Below are positions 1-7,369 of a stretch of DNA of 38,434 nucleotides, in pieces; positions within the stretch are counted from its first letter, which is position 1; each line of letters opens with the position of its first letter. Source of the stretch: an uncultured Candidatus Saccharibacteria bacterium. GTDB taxonomy: Bacteria > Patescibacteriota > Saccharimonadia > Saccharimonadales > Saccharimonadaceae. A program made the translations under genes and the position numbers. The stretch lies in NCBI GenBank assembly GCA_964396015.1, contig CAYNBW010000001.1:1-38434 (forward strand), written 5' to 3'. The notes under the pieces were generated by a model that was given only the letters and a program-made list of their open reading frames with translations, was not told the origin of the DNA and ran no database searches.

Positions 1-622
1 CTTTACCTTTGCCGTTTCGGACAGAGTTGACAAAGTCGGAGTAGAAGTCGGAAATGGGGGTGTAGAGGATTTTGTAGTCGGGGTTTCTGTGGATGAGTTC
101 GTTGCCGATGGCTTGGACAAGATGGGTTTTGCCGAGTCCTGGTCCGCCATAGAGGAAGAAAGGGTTACAGCGAGTACCGGGGGCATCGATGATGCTTTTG
201 GCAGCGGCGACGGCAACGTCGTTGTGGGAGCCGACGATAAAACTATCGATGGTGTATTTGGAGTTAAGACCGTTATTTTGAATGGCGTAGTTTTTGTGGG
301 ATTTAGGTTGAGGCGGAGTGATGTTGGCGGATTTTAGGGATTCTTTGATACTAATCTCGCGGGGACGAATTCTGGATTTTGACTTGGTTTGAACTTCGAA
401 GTTGATAGTATTGACGGTGAGGTTATTGTTCTCGAGAGCGGTTTTGATAACGTCGGTGAATTTGGAGCGGAGTTGCTTGACGTAGAAGGAATTTTTGACG
501 CCGATGACGATATTGCCATTTTCGGAAGAAATGAGAGAGGTGTCCTGGAACCAGGTAGAAAAATTGCTGGCGGAAATTTTTTGCTCAATTTCGGCAAGGG
601 CGTTTTCCCAGACGTTGTACAT
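1..622 (-). CDS. dnaA: Chromosomal replication initiator DnaA (5' part; runs off the window)
   Basis: Not in the ORF track. Manual translation from ATG at 622: MYNVWENALAEIEQKISASNFSTWFQDT...LNSKYTIDSFIVGSHN...NPFFLYGGPGLGKTHLVQAIGN (DnaA domain I and Walker A). SD AAAGGAGG just upstream; divergent from rpmH. Confidence 0.97.
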   Translation of the reverse strand, partial: MYNVWENALAEIEQKISASNFSTWFQDTSLISSENGNIVIGVKNSFYVKQLRSKFTDVIKTALENNNLTVNTINFEVQTKSKSRIRPREISIKESLKSANITPPQPKSHKNYAIQNNGLNSKYTIDSFIVGSHNDVAVAAAKSIIDAPGTRCNPFFLYGGPGLGKTHLVQAIGNELIHRNPDYKILYTPISDFYSDFVNSVRNGKGK

Positions 623-643
623 TTAGACCTCCTTTATGGGTAT

Positions 644-652
644 ATTATAGCA
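644..652 (-). promoter_or_regulatory. dnaA promoter, extended -10 TGCTATAAT
   Basis: attatagca on + strand. The perfect DnaA box at 666-674 covers the expected -35 position, consistent with autorepression. Confidence 0.7.
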
Positions 653-665
653 TAGATGTGAAGAG

Positions 666-807
666 TTATCCACAAGCAAATGGGTGGATTTTACAAAAAT
701 ATAAAAAAATGTTACAAGCGGGTAGGCGTAAAACAGATTGAGAGTTTTCCACAATTTTGGGCTTACTTCGGATAAAATGTGGAAAACTCCTTGAAAAATG
801 TGGAAAA
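666..807. promoter_or_regulatory. DnaA-box cluster in the dnaA-rpmH intergenic region (oriC-associated)
   Basis: TTATCCACA 666-674, TTTTCCACA 745-753, TGTGGAAAA 778-786 and 799-807 all match TTWTNCACA; AT-rich tract at ~690-716. Confidence 0.85.
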
Positions 808-819
808 ATGCGGTATACT
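791..819 (+). promoter_or_regulatory. rpmH promoter TTGAAA-N17-TATACT
   Basis: -35 at 791-796, -10 at 814-819, 17-bp spacer that contains the DnaA box at 799-807. Confidence 0.7.
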
Positions 820-864
820 AGAACAAGAATTTGAAAAAAATTAAATATTGAGGAATAATATATT

Positions 865-1002
865 ATGCCAAAAAGGACTTACCAACCACATAAGCGTCAA
901 CGGAAGGTTGAACATGGCTTTATGAAGCGAAATGCGACTAAGAATGGTAAAAAAGTGCTGGCTCGTAGAAGGATCAAAGGTCGGGCAAGAATTACACTGT
1001 AG
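865..1002 (+). CDS. rpmH: 50S ribosomal protein L34
   Basis: Not in the ORF track (45 aa): [45 protein letters not shown]; canonical position next to dnaA and rnpA. Confidence 0.97.
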   Translation: MPKRTYQPHKRQRKVEHGFMKRNATKNGKKVLARRRIKGRARITL

Positions 1003-1107
1003 AGCGCTCTGCTTCGTCAGGAGATGCGCTACTCACTCGCCGTACCATAAGTACGGCTCGTTCCGTTACTCCTCCTTCCTCGCATAGCATCTCTACAGTG
1101 CAATTCT
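988..1107. repeat. 120-bp imperfect palindrome (REP/MITE-like element)
   Basis: Terminal inverted repeats agaattacactgtagag (988-1004) and ctctacagtgcaattct (1091-1107) match 16/17; central hairpin GCCGTAC-cataa-GTACGGC at 1039-1057. Confidence 0.75.
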
Positions 1108-1123
1108 GTGGTATTATAATAAT

Positions 1124-1477
1124 ATGTTGAACAGAAGATATAGATTTCATTCGCGAGGAGGGGTGCGGTATGTGTATCGACATGGAAAGACGATTCGGAA
1201 GCCGAAAATGTCGCTGGTGTTTTGTGAGAATACGCGAGGGTTTACACGGGTAGCGGTGGTGGTATCGAAAAAGGTGGAAAAGACAGCGGTGGGGCGGAAT
1301 CGGATACGGCGGCGGATTTATGAAGTGATTCGGAAGAATTTTGATTTGATACCTTCTCGGCGAGATTATATTTTTGTGGTCTATAATGGGGATGTGGTGA
1401 ATATGCCTTTTTCGGAGCTAGAAAAAGTACTGGGGGAACTAGTCGCTGAGAGTAAAGTGTGTTATAATAATAAGTAA
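1124..1477 (+). CDS. rnpA: Ribonuclease P protein component
   Basis: RVAVVVSKKVEKTAVGRNRIRRR (RNR motif); synteny with rpmH and yidC. Confidence 0.95.
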   Translation: MLNRRYRFHSRGGVRYVYRHGKTIRKPKMSLVFCENTRGFTRVAVVVSKKVEKTAVGRNRIRRRIYEVIRKNFDLIPSRRDYIFVVYNGDVVNMPFSELEKVLGELVAESKVCYNNK

Positions 1478-2664
1478 TGCAAAGAAGTGTGAAGAAATAT
1501 ATTATTTGGGGACTCGTAATCGCTTTTGTGGCTGGCTCGATTGCGGTGGGAGGGCCGTTTAATTTACTAGATATTATTATAGTGCGACCAATTGTGAATA
1601 TTTTGTTTGTAATCTTTAACTGGGTGCATGATTTTGGGTTAGCGATTGTAATCTTTACTGTTCTGGTAAAGATTTTGATGTTACCGCTGACTAAGCAGCA
1701 GTTGATGCAGACGAAGTTGATGCGGAAGATTCAGCCGGAGTTGTCGCAGATTCGGAAGAATTGTAATGGCAATAAGCAGATGGAGTCACTACAGACGATG
1801 GATTTGTATAAGCGATATAATGTGAAGCCGTTTGCGTCGATTTTGACTTTATTGATACAGTTGCCGATATTTATTGCGATTTTTTCGGCGATTCGGGTGA
1901 TTGCGACGCCGATGCCACAAGATAACCTGATGAATCGGGCATATGATTTTGTGGCGTATGAGGGGTCGGAGATTCGAGGGCTAGAGGAGAAGCAGGAAGC
2001 GTATCTGGCGGATTTGACGAATGAGAACATTCCGGTGGAGGAAAAGGTGGAGTATGATTTTCACCCGCAACTATTTGGGGTGATTGATCTGACGGCGCGG
2101 GCGAGTGATGTGATTAATCCGGCGAGGTTTTCGTGGAGTGCGGTATTCATGATGGTGATGGCGGTGGGGGCGAGTTTGGCGCAGTACTTTGCGACCAAGC
2201 AGCAGATGCCGTCGGGTAAATCGGAGAAGAAAAAGAAGTTTCGCGAACTACTGCGGGATGCGAAGAGCGGGAAAGAGGTTGATGATAGCGAGATAAGTGG
2301 CATAGCGACGGGGCAGATGTCGAAGATGATGCCGATTATGATGTTTGTGATTATGATTAATTTGCATGGGGCGCTAGCGTTTTACTATTTCTTGAGTAAT
2401 ATTATGACGATCATTATTCAGAAGGTGATTTATGCACGGACGCGAGATGAAATGGATGATGCGACGGATAAGGCGATTTTGAAGGAGTTAAAGAAGGCAA
2501 AGAAGGGGAATATCGCGAAGAATGCAAGGAAAATTCGCGAGGCGGAGGTGGTTCTAGAGAAAAGTAAGAGCAAGGCGAAGGCCGCTCGGGTGGAAGAAAA
2601 TAAAAAAACCGGAACAAAAATAACGAGAATCTCGGCTTCTGATAGTAAAAAGAAAAGGAGATAA
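1477..2664 (+). CDS. yidC: Membrane protein insertase YidC/Oxa1
   Basis: DFGLAIVIFTVLVKILMLPL, IQPEL, LLIQLPIFIA, ALAFYYFLSN motifs; synteny. Confidence 0.95.
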   Translation: MQRSVKKYIIWGLVIAFVAGSIAVGGPFNLLDIIIVRPIVNILFVIFNWVHDFGLAIVIFTVLVKILMLPLTKQQLMQTKLMRKIQPELSQIRKNCNGNKQMESLQTMDLYKRYNVKPFASILTLLIQLPIFIAIFSAIRVIATPMPQDNLMNRAYDFVAYEGSEIRGLEEKQEAYLADLTNENIPVEEKVEYDFHPQLFGVIDLTARASDVINPARFSWSAVFMMVMAVGASLAQYFATKQQMPSGKSEKKKKFRELLRDAKSGKEVDDSEISGIATGQMSKMMPIMMFVIMINLHGALAFYYFLSNIMTIIIQKVIYARTRDEMDDATDKAILKELKKAKKGNIAKNARKIREAEVVLEKSKSKAKAARVEENKKTGTKITRISASDSKKKRR

Positions 2665-2668
2665 TAAA

Positions 2669-3127
2669 ATGAATAAAGACGAATCAATTAGGTTTGCCGC
2701 AAAGTACTTGGAGGATTTACTAAGTTTCTTTGGGATAAATGTGGCGGTGTATTCGACGATTGATGACGAGGTGATACAGTTGTCGGTGCCGTCGACGTCG
2801 CTTAACTCGTTGTTAATCGGTAAGAATGCGGATAATTTGAGAGCTCTGCAACATATTGTAATGATGGCGTTGGTGACGAGAGAGGCGGAAGTGACGAGAG
2901 TAAATGTGGATGTAGCCGGGTACAAGAAGCAGAGAGCGGATAGGATTGCGGATAAGGCAGAAGGGTGGATTCGGAAGGTGCGCGAGACTGGAGAGCCGAT
3001 GACGCTAGATTTGAATGCGGCGGACAGGAGAGTGGTACATAAAGTAGCACAGGACTATTCGGACATTGAGACACATTCGGAGGGGGAGGGGAGAGAAAGA
3101 AAGTTGATTATTCGGCGGCTGGATTAA
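2669..3127 (+). CDS. jag: Jag/KhpB-like RNA-binding protein (KH + R3H, short form)
   Basis: LLIGKNADNLRALQ (KH), NVDVAGYK, LNAADRRVVH and THSEGEG (R3H); follows yidC. Confidence 0.9.
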   Translation: MNKDESIRFAAKYLEDLLSFFGINVAVYSTIDDEVIQLSVPSTSLNSLLIGKNADNLRALQHIVMMALVTREAEVTRVNVDVAGYKKQRADRIADKAEGWIRKVRETGEPMTLDLNAADRRVVHKVAQDYSDIETHSEGEGRERKLIIRRLD

Positions 3128-5018
3128 GGATGATGATGAAGTCGTAGTCTAGCGAGACGGCTTCAGGGAGAGCGGAGACATCTTTGGCGGTTTCGTGATA
3201 GTAGGTTTCGAGGAGAGATTTGGTGCCGGGCTTGTCGCCGATGGCATAAAGGGTGGTGCCGGTTTCGTAAGTGGCTTCGGGAGCGTTGTCAGCGGTGACG
3301 TGTTGGTAGCCTTCGGCTTCGAGTTTGCGTTGTTCGGTACCGGCTAAGCCAACGGTGTCGGAGGCGTTGAGGATTAAGATAGTGGCATCTTCACGAATGC
3401 GGGGGTCATTGCTGAGTTGCTCGGTAATGTAGTTTTGGATAGCGCTGTAGTTGCCGACGCCAGCAGAGGGAAGGACGTAAGAAATGCCATTGATGGTGCC
3501 GGTGGTCATGAGGCGGATGTTGTTGGCTGGGTCGAGGAGAGGGATTTGACGCATACTGTCGAAGTCAAAATCGTAAGTGAGGTGGGCAAGGGTTTTGAGC
3601 TCGGAGAGGGAGAAGTTGGTACGGAGGTTGTCGCCAAGGGTGGAGGCGAGGCTCAGCATATCTGAGAGGGAGATATTTTTTTCGAAGATTTTATTCTTGA
3701 TGCCGATGAGGATTTTTTGTTGAGAAGTGCCGCGGGAGAAGTCGCCACGTGCAGTACCGTGCCTAGTGCGTGCTAGCCAGAGAGCTTCTTCACCGTTTAA
3801 CTCATATTCTTCACCGGCATACCAGTAATAGTAATCGAGAATGTCTTCGTCTAGAGTGACTTTGATGCCGCCCAGTGTGTCGACGATGGAGACTAATGAT
3901 CCCCAGTTAACGTGAACGTAATATTGAATATCGATGTTGAGAATAGAGCCAACTTCTGTCATGAGAGCAGTAGCACCGGCCTCTTCATTATCGCCAGACA
4001 TGTTGTTGCACCAGTAAATTTCATTAATTTTGCCGGTGGCGGTGCAGGTGGGGGAAGCCTTGAGGTCGCGGGGGATAGAGATCATGGCTATATCACCAGT
4101 GCTTTGGTTGAGGCTAATAACCATGATGGAATCGGTAAGTTGGGCACCATCGTGTTTGCCGTCACCTTCGTCACCATCCATGTTGTAGCCACTGGTGCCA
4201 AAAGCAAGGATGTTAGTACGGCCGTTACTGTCGGCTTTTAATGGTTCGTAGTGCTCGTTGTCGGTCAAACTTAGAAGATCGAAAACGTTGCCTTGGCCAC
4301 CGGTGATTTTAGCGATAATATCGTTGCCCCAAAGGACGGCCCAGAGTACAAGACCGATAATGCCGAGGACAAGAACTAAAACTATAGTGGTAATAATGCG
4401 GCGAGTTTTGCTGGGTTTCTTTTTGGTTTTCTTGGCTTTTTCTTGTTTTTTGGTGGATTTTTCGGAGGTTTTGGTGGATTTTTTCATATCTTCTATACTG
4501 GTTTCACTTATGGTTAATTCGCCGCCTTCGCTCAAATCGAAAGCTTGGACGGGGCTGAGGAAGTCATCAACGGTTTGGGAGGGCTTGGCGCTAGGGGTGG
4601 TGGTATTTGCGGTTTCGTTATCTGGAGTATTATCTGTGGTATCATCCGTGACATTGTCTGTGACATTATCTATGGTGTCGTCTGGGATTGGGTTGTTGGT
4701 TGGGGTTAGGTCGGTTTCAGAAAGAACGTCGAGTTCGTCGAAGAGACCTTTGAGCTTGATGGGTTTAGCGGTGGGCTCGGGCGCGATTGGTTTTTGGAGG
4801 CTGGAAGTTGGTTTTGAGGATTTAGATGATTTGGCGGAAGTGGTAGCCTTGACGGGTTTGGAACTTCGAGAGGATTTAGAAGGTTTTGGAGTGGGTTTGA
4901 CGATGCCGGTGACTGCGGTGGGGTTGGTGGTTTTAGGTTTGACAGGGGTAGAAGATTTCGTGGCAGATTTTTTAGCGTCACGAGTGATAAGACCGTCAAT
5001 TGATTTATTAGTTGTCAT
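3108..5018 (-). CDS. LCP (LytR-CpsA-Psr) glycopolymer-peptidoglycan ligase with LytR_C domain
   Basis: One TM helix, then TNILAFGT, LTDSIMV, MISIPRDL, GKINE, LARTR, GDFSRGTSQQ; C-terminal ILNAS..GLA. Long disordered N-terminus. Confidence 0.92.
   Translation of the reverse strand: MTTNKSIDGLITRDAKKSATKSSTPVKPKTTNPTAVTGIVKPTPKPSKSSRSSKPVKATTSAKSSKSSKPTSSLQKPIAPEPTAKPIKLKGLFDELDVLSETDLTPTNNPIPDDTIDNVTDNVTDDTTDNTPDNETANTTTPSAKPSQTVDDFLSPVQAFDLSEGGELTISETSIEDMKKSTKTSEKSTKKQEKAKKTKKKPSKTRRIITTIVLVLVLGIIGLVLWAVLWGNDIIAKITGGQGNVFDLLSLTDNEHYEPLKADSNGRTNILAFGTSGYNMDGDEGDGKHDGAQLTDSIMVISLNQSTGDIAMISIPRDLKASPTCTATGKINEIYWCNNMSGDNEEAGATALMTEVGSILNIDIQYYVHVNWGSLVSIVDTLGGIKVTLDEDILDYYYWYAGEEYELNGEEALWLARTRHGTARGDFSRGTSQQKILIGIKNKIFEKNISLSDMLSLASTLGDNLRTNFSLSELKTLAHLTYDFDFDSMRQIPLLDPANNIRLMTTGTINGISYVLPSAGVGNYSAIQNYITEQLSNDPRIREDATILILNASDTVGLAGTEQRKLEAEGYQHVTADNAPEATYETGTTLYAIGDKPGTKSLLETYYHETAKDVSALPEAVSLDYDFIIILNPAAE
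4611..4686 (-). repeat. Degenerate 12-bp coding tandem repeat in LCP
   Basis: Encodes DDTI DNVT DNVT DDTT DNTP DNET. Confidence 0.6.
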
Positions 5019-5034
5019 TGTATATAATTATAGC

Positions 5035-5361
5035 ATGAGTCAGGACAAATTGACAAAAAAACAATTAGCGGTTTTGAATTTTGTGCAGGATTTCACGGAA
5101 GAGAATGGGCATTCGCCATCTTATCGGGAGATTATGGCGGGGCTGGGATTATCGAGTGTGTCGGCGGTGGCGGAGCATGTGGATAATTTGGTGGCGAAAG
5201 GGGCGCTTAGGAAGGTGCCGGGGGAGGCGAGGTCGCTTGTGGTGTTGGATTATAAACATACGGAAACAGTGGCGCTGTTTCGAGCAAAAATGATGGATTG
5301 TAGCGAGGATGAACGTGTGGTCCTTGCGCGAGCGGCGGAGATTTTGGGGTTAGAAATCTAG
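5035..5361 (+). CDS. LexA-type winged-helix DNA-binding protein lacking the S24 peptidase domain (108 aa)
   Basis: MSQDKLTKKQLAVLNFV...GHSPSYREIMAGLGLSSVSAVAEHVDNLVAKGALRKVPGEARSL matches the LexA N-terminal domain. Real start is ATG 5035, not 4258. Confidence 0.85.
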   Translation: MSQDKLTKKQLAVLNFVQDFTEENGHSPSYREIMAGLGLSSVSAVAEHVDNLVAKGALRKVPGEARSLVVLDYKHTETVALFRAKMMDCSEDERVVLARAAEILGLEI

Positions 5362-6759
5362 GTCGATGTGCGTTTGAGTGGGGGCGTTGGTACTTGTATT
5401 GCTATTGGTGGTATCTGTAATATTGCTGACTGGTGTTGTTTCAGTGAGATTATTGTTGCCGTAGGTTTTTTCGAAGTGATCGAAACGTTTGGCGACCCAG
5501 TCGATAAGGTAGTCGACTTCGTCGTCGAAATCAATTTTAAGTTTCCAGCGTTCGATATCTTTTTTTGCTGCATCATGAATGTAATTGGCTTGACTTTGAA
5601 TATAATCTATGAGTTCGTCTTGATGCCCGGAGAGGTTTTCTTGATAAATTTCACAGACTCTTGTTTCAAACTCAGGAAAAGCCATGAGGTCGTAGATGAT
5701 GGTAGAAATACTGGCGTCATGGTGACTTTTATCCTCGTTATCGAGAAAATCTTTTAGAGTCATGGTGCGATTGGGGGCATGGAACGATTCAACCCCCCAG
5801 TCGTTTCCTAAACTTAAATCAAAATCCCAGCCTGGCCCGGCATGAATTTTGTCATTCTCACCGTCTTCGTATAGAAAGAAGCTAGTGCTATAAGCATCTG
5901 GATTGATAGAAAATTCATTGAGCAGAAAATATTTTGCAAATGAATCGATGTCGATAACTTTGGAGATTGAAGCATAATCTTTGTTCGCGATGGCAGCCTC
6001 AAACGCATTGATGTCACTTATAAAGGATTGCGCGCTTTGCTCGTTGTAATCTTCATTAACGCTGTCGTGTATTGTATAGCAGGTGTCAGAATCAGTATAG
6101 AAACATTCGTTAGATTGACCGTAAAGATTATCTAACTCCATAATGAGACCAGATGGTTCTTTGAGGTTGACTCGAGATTTTCCAATTTCGACTTTCTCGG
6201 TAAGGTAGTATAAACCGTGGTAAGTATTATCTATGTATAGTTCGACGAAGCTTCCGTTTAAAGAAAACGGTTCGTTAAGCAGTTGCTCTAATTTAAACGC
6301 TGTGGCTGTTCTAAGGTATGAGTGGTCGGAAAAATTTGCTAGCAAAACCCATTTTCGAGCTTTACCATAATCGAACAGGCTGGTATTTTCGGAAAATTTA
6401 ATTTGATAGGGTTTTTTGGCTTGGGCCCAAGTGGAATTGCCACGGCCTTTGATCTCGACGTTTTCGAAAGTGGTAGATTGCCCGTCTTGGCTAAGAATTA
6501 GGGTATTCCCAGGGTATTTGATTGTTTTATCGCCGGCGTCGATTTCTTCAATAGTAACATCTGCGAGGGAAAGTTCGAGCTTGGCGATGGAATTATGCTC
6601 TGATGTGGCAACGATGGTAAGCTTGTAAGCTGTAACAGAAATAACAAAAAGAGCGATTAAAACTAGAAAGAAATTCAAAAACGAGGATGTTTTTGGACGA
6701 GAAGACAATTTGCGCCTTGGTGTAGTATGGCTTTTGCGGGCGCCGGTAGACGGTCTCAT
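5350..6759 (-). CDS. CotH-family atypical kinase, membrane anchored
   Basis: IKGRGNSTW, KKPYQIKF, KWVLLAN, YHGLYYLTE, GPGWDFDLSLGN; N-terminal TM helix. Confidence 0.9.
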   Translation of the reverse strand: MRPSTGARKSHTTPRRKLSSRPKTSSFLNFFLVLIALFVISVTAYKLTIVATSEHNSIAKLELSLADVTIEEIDAGDKTIKYPGNTLILSQDGQSTTFENVEIKGRGNSTWAQAKKPYQIKFSENTSLFDYGKARKWVLLANFSDHSYLRTATAFKLEQLLNEPFSLNGSFVELYIDNTYHGLYYLTEKVEIGKSRVNLKEPSGLIMELDNLYGQSNECFYTDSDTCYTIHDSVNEDYNEQSAQSFISDINAFEAAIANKDYASISKVIDIDSFAKYFLLNEFSINPDAYSTSFFLYEDGENDKIHAGPGWDFDLSLGNDWGVESFHAPNRTMTLKDFLDNEDKSHHDASISTIIYDLMAFPEFETRVCEIYQENLSGHQDELIDYIQSQANYIHDAAKKDIERWKLKIDFDDEVDYLIDWVAKRFDHFEKTYGNNNLTETTPVSNITDTTNSNTSTNAPTQTHIDLDF

Positions 6760-6805
6760 AATTATATTGTAGCATATTTTTGATTGGTGTGTGATATAAT
6801 AGATA

Positions 6806-7369
6806 ATGGGAGAACTGTCTATGGTTACTGGTAGAAAACGAAATTTTAGTTGGTCTTGGTGGCTTTTAGGTGTAATTTTGGTGAGCGCAATAATAGGAGC
6901 GGTGGTGGTGGCAAGGGTGAACTATTTTAATAAAGAAGAAGATACTGATGGGAGTACGGTAACAATCGTAGAAACAAGTGATGTAAAAGTGGAGGAAAAA
7001 AGTCCGGAAGAGGTGCAAAAAGTGGAAAGCTCGAAAAAACAAGATGTGAAACAATATGATGGAGAGAGTCCGAATGTAACGGAGACTTTGACTGGGGTGA
7101 TAACATATGCGGCGGTGAATTGGGAAAAACTGATGATTAGAATAAATATTAATCAGTATCTCGAGGAGGGGGTTTGTGCATTGACTTTGAAGCAGGCGGG
7201 AAATATTGTTTATAGTAGTACTGCGGGAATCATTGGTTCGGTGGCAACGGCGACTTGCGAAGGGTTTGATATACCGACGACGGAGTTACCTAGTGGGGAA
7301 ATGCAGATTATGATTAGCCTAGATGCTAATGGCAAGACAGGTGAAATTAACGGAGAGGTGAAATTATGA
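6806..7369 (+). CDS. Membrane-anchored hypothetical protein
   Basis: N-terminal TM helix, charged linker, beta-rich C-terminal domain with two Cys; ATGA overlap with the next gene. Confidence 0.75.
   Translation: MGELSMVTGRKRNFSWSWWLLGVILVSAIIGAVVVARVNYFNKEEDTDGSTVTIVETSDVKVEEKSPEEVQKVESSKKQDVKQYDGESPNVTETLTGVITYAAVNWEKLMIRININQYLEEGVCALTLKQAGNIVYSSTAGIIGSVATATCEGFDIPTTELPSGEMQIMISLDANGKTGEINGEVKL

Noticed and set aside
89-655. ORFs 89-337, 334-597 and 389-655 in the track
   Set aside because: Antisense or off-frame shadows of dnaA, which the track missed because it runs off the window.
992-1183. 63-aa minus-strand ORF over the palindrome
   Set aside because: Overlaps rnpA and rpmH antisense; no recognisable protein signal.
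4258-5034. 259-aa hydrophobic N-terminal extension of the LexA-like ORF
   Set aside because: Antisense read of the K/T/P-rich LCP N-terminus; the promoter and domain boundary point to ATG 5035.
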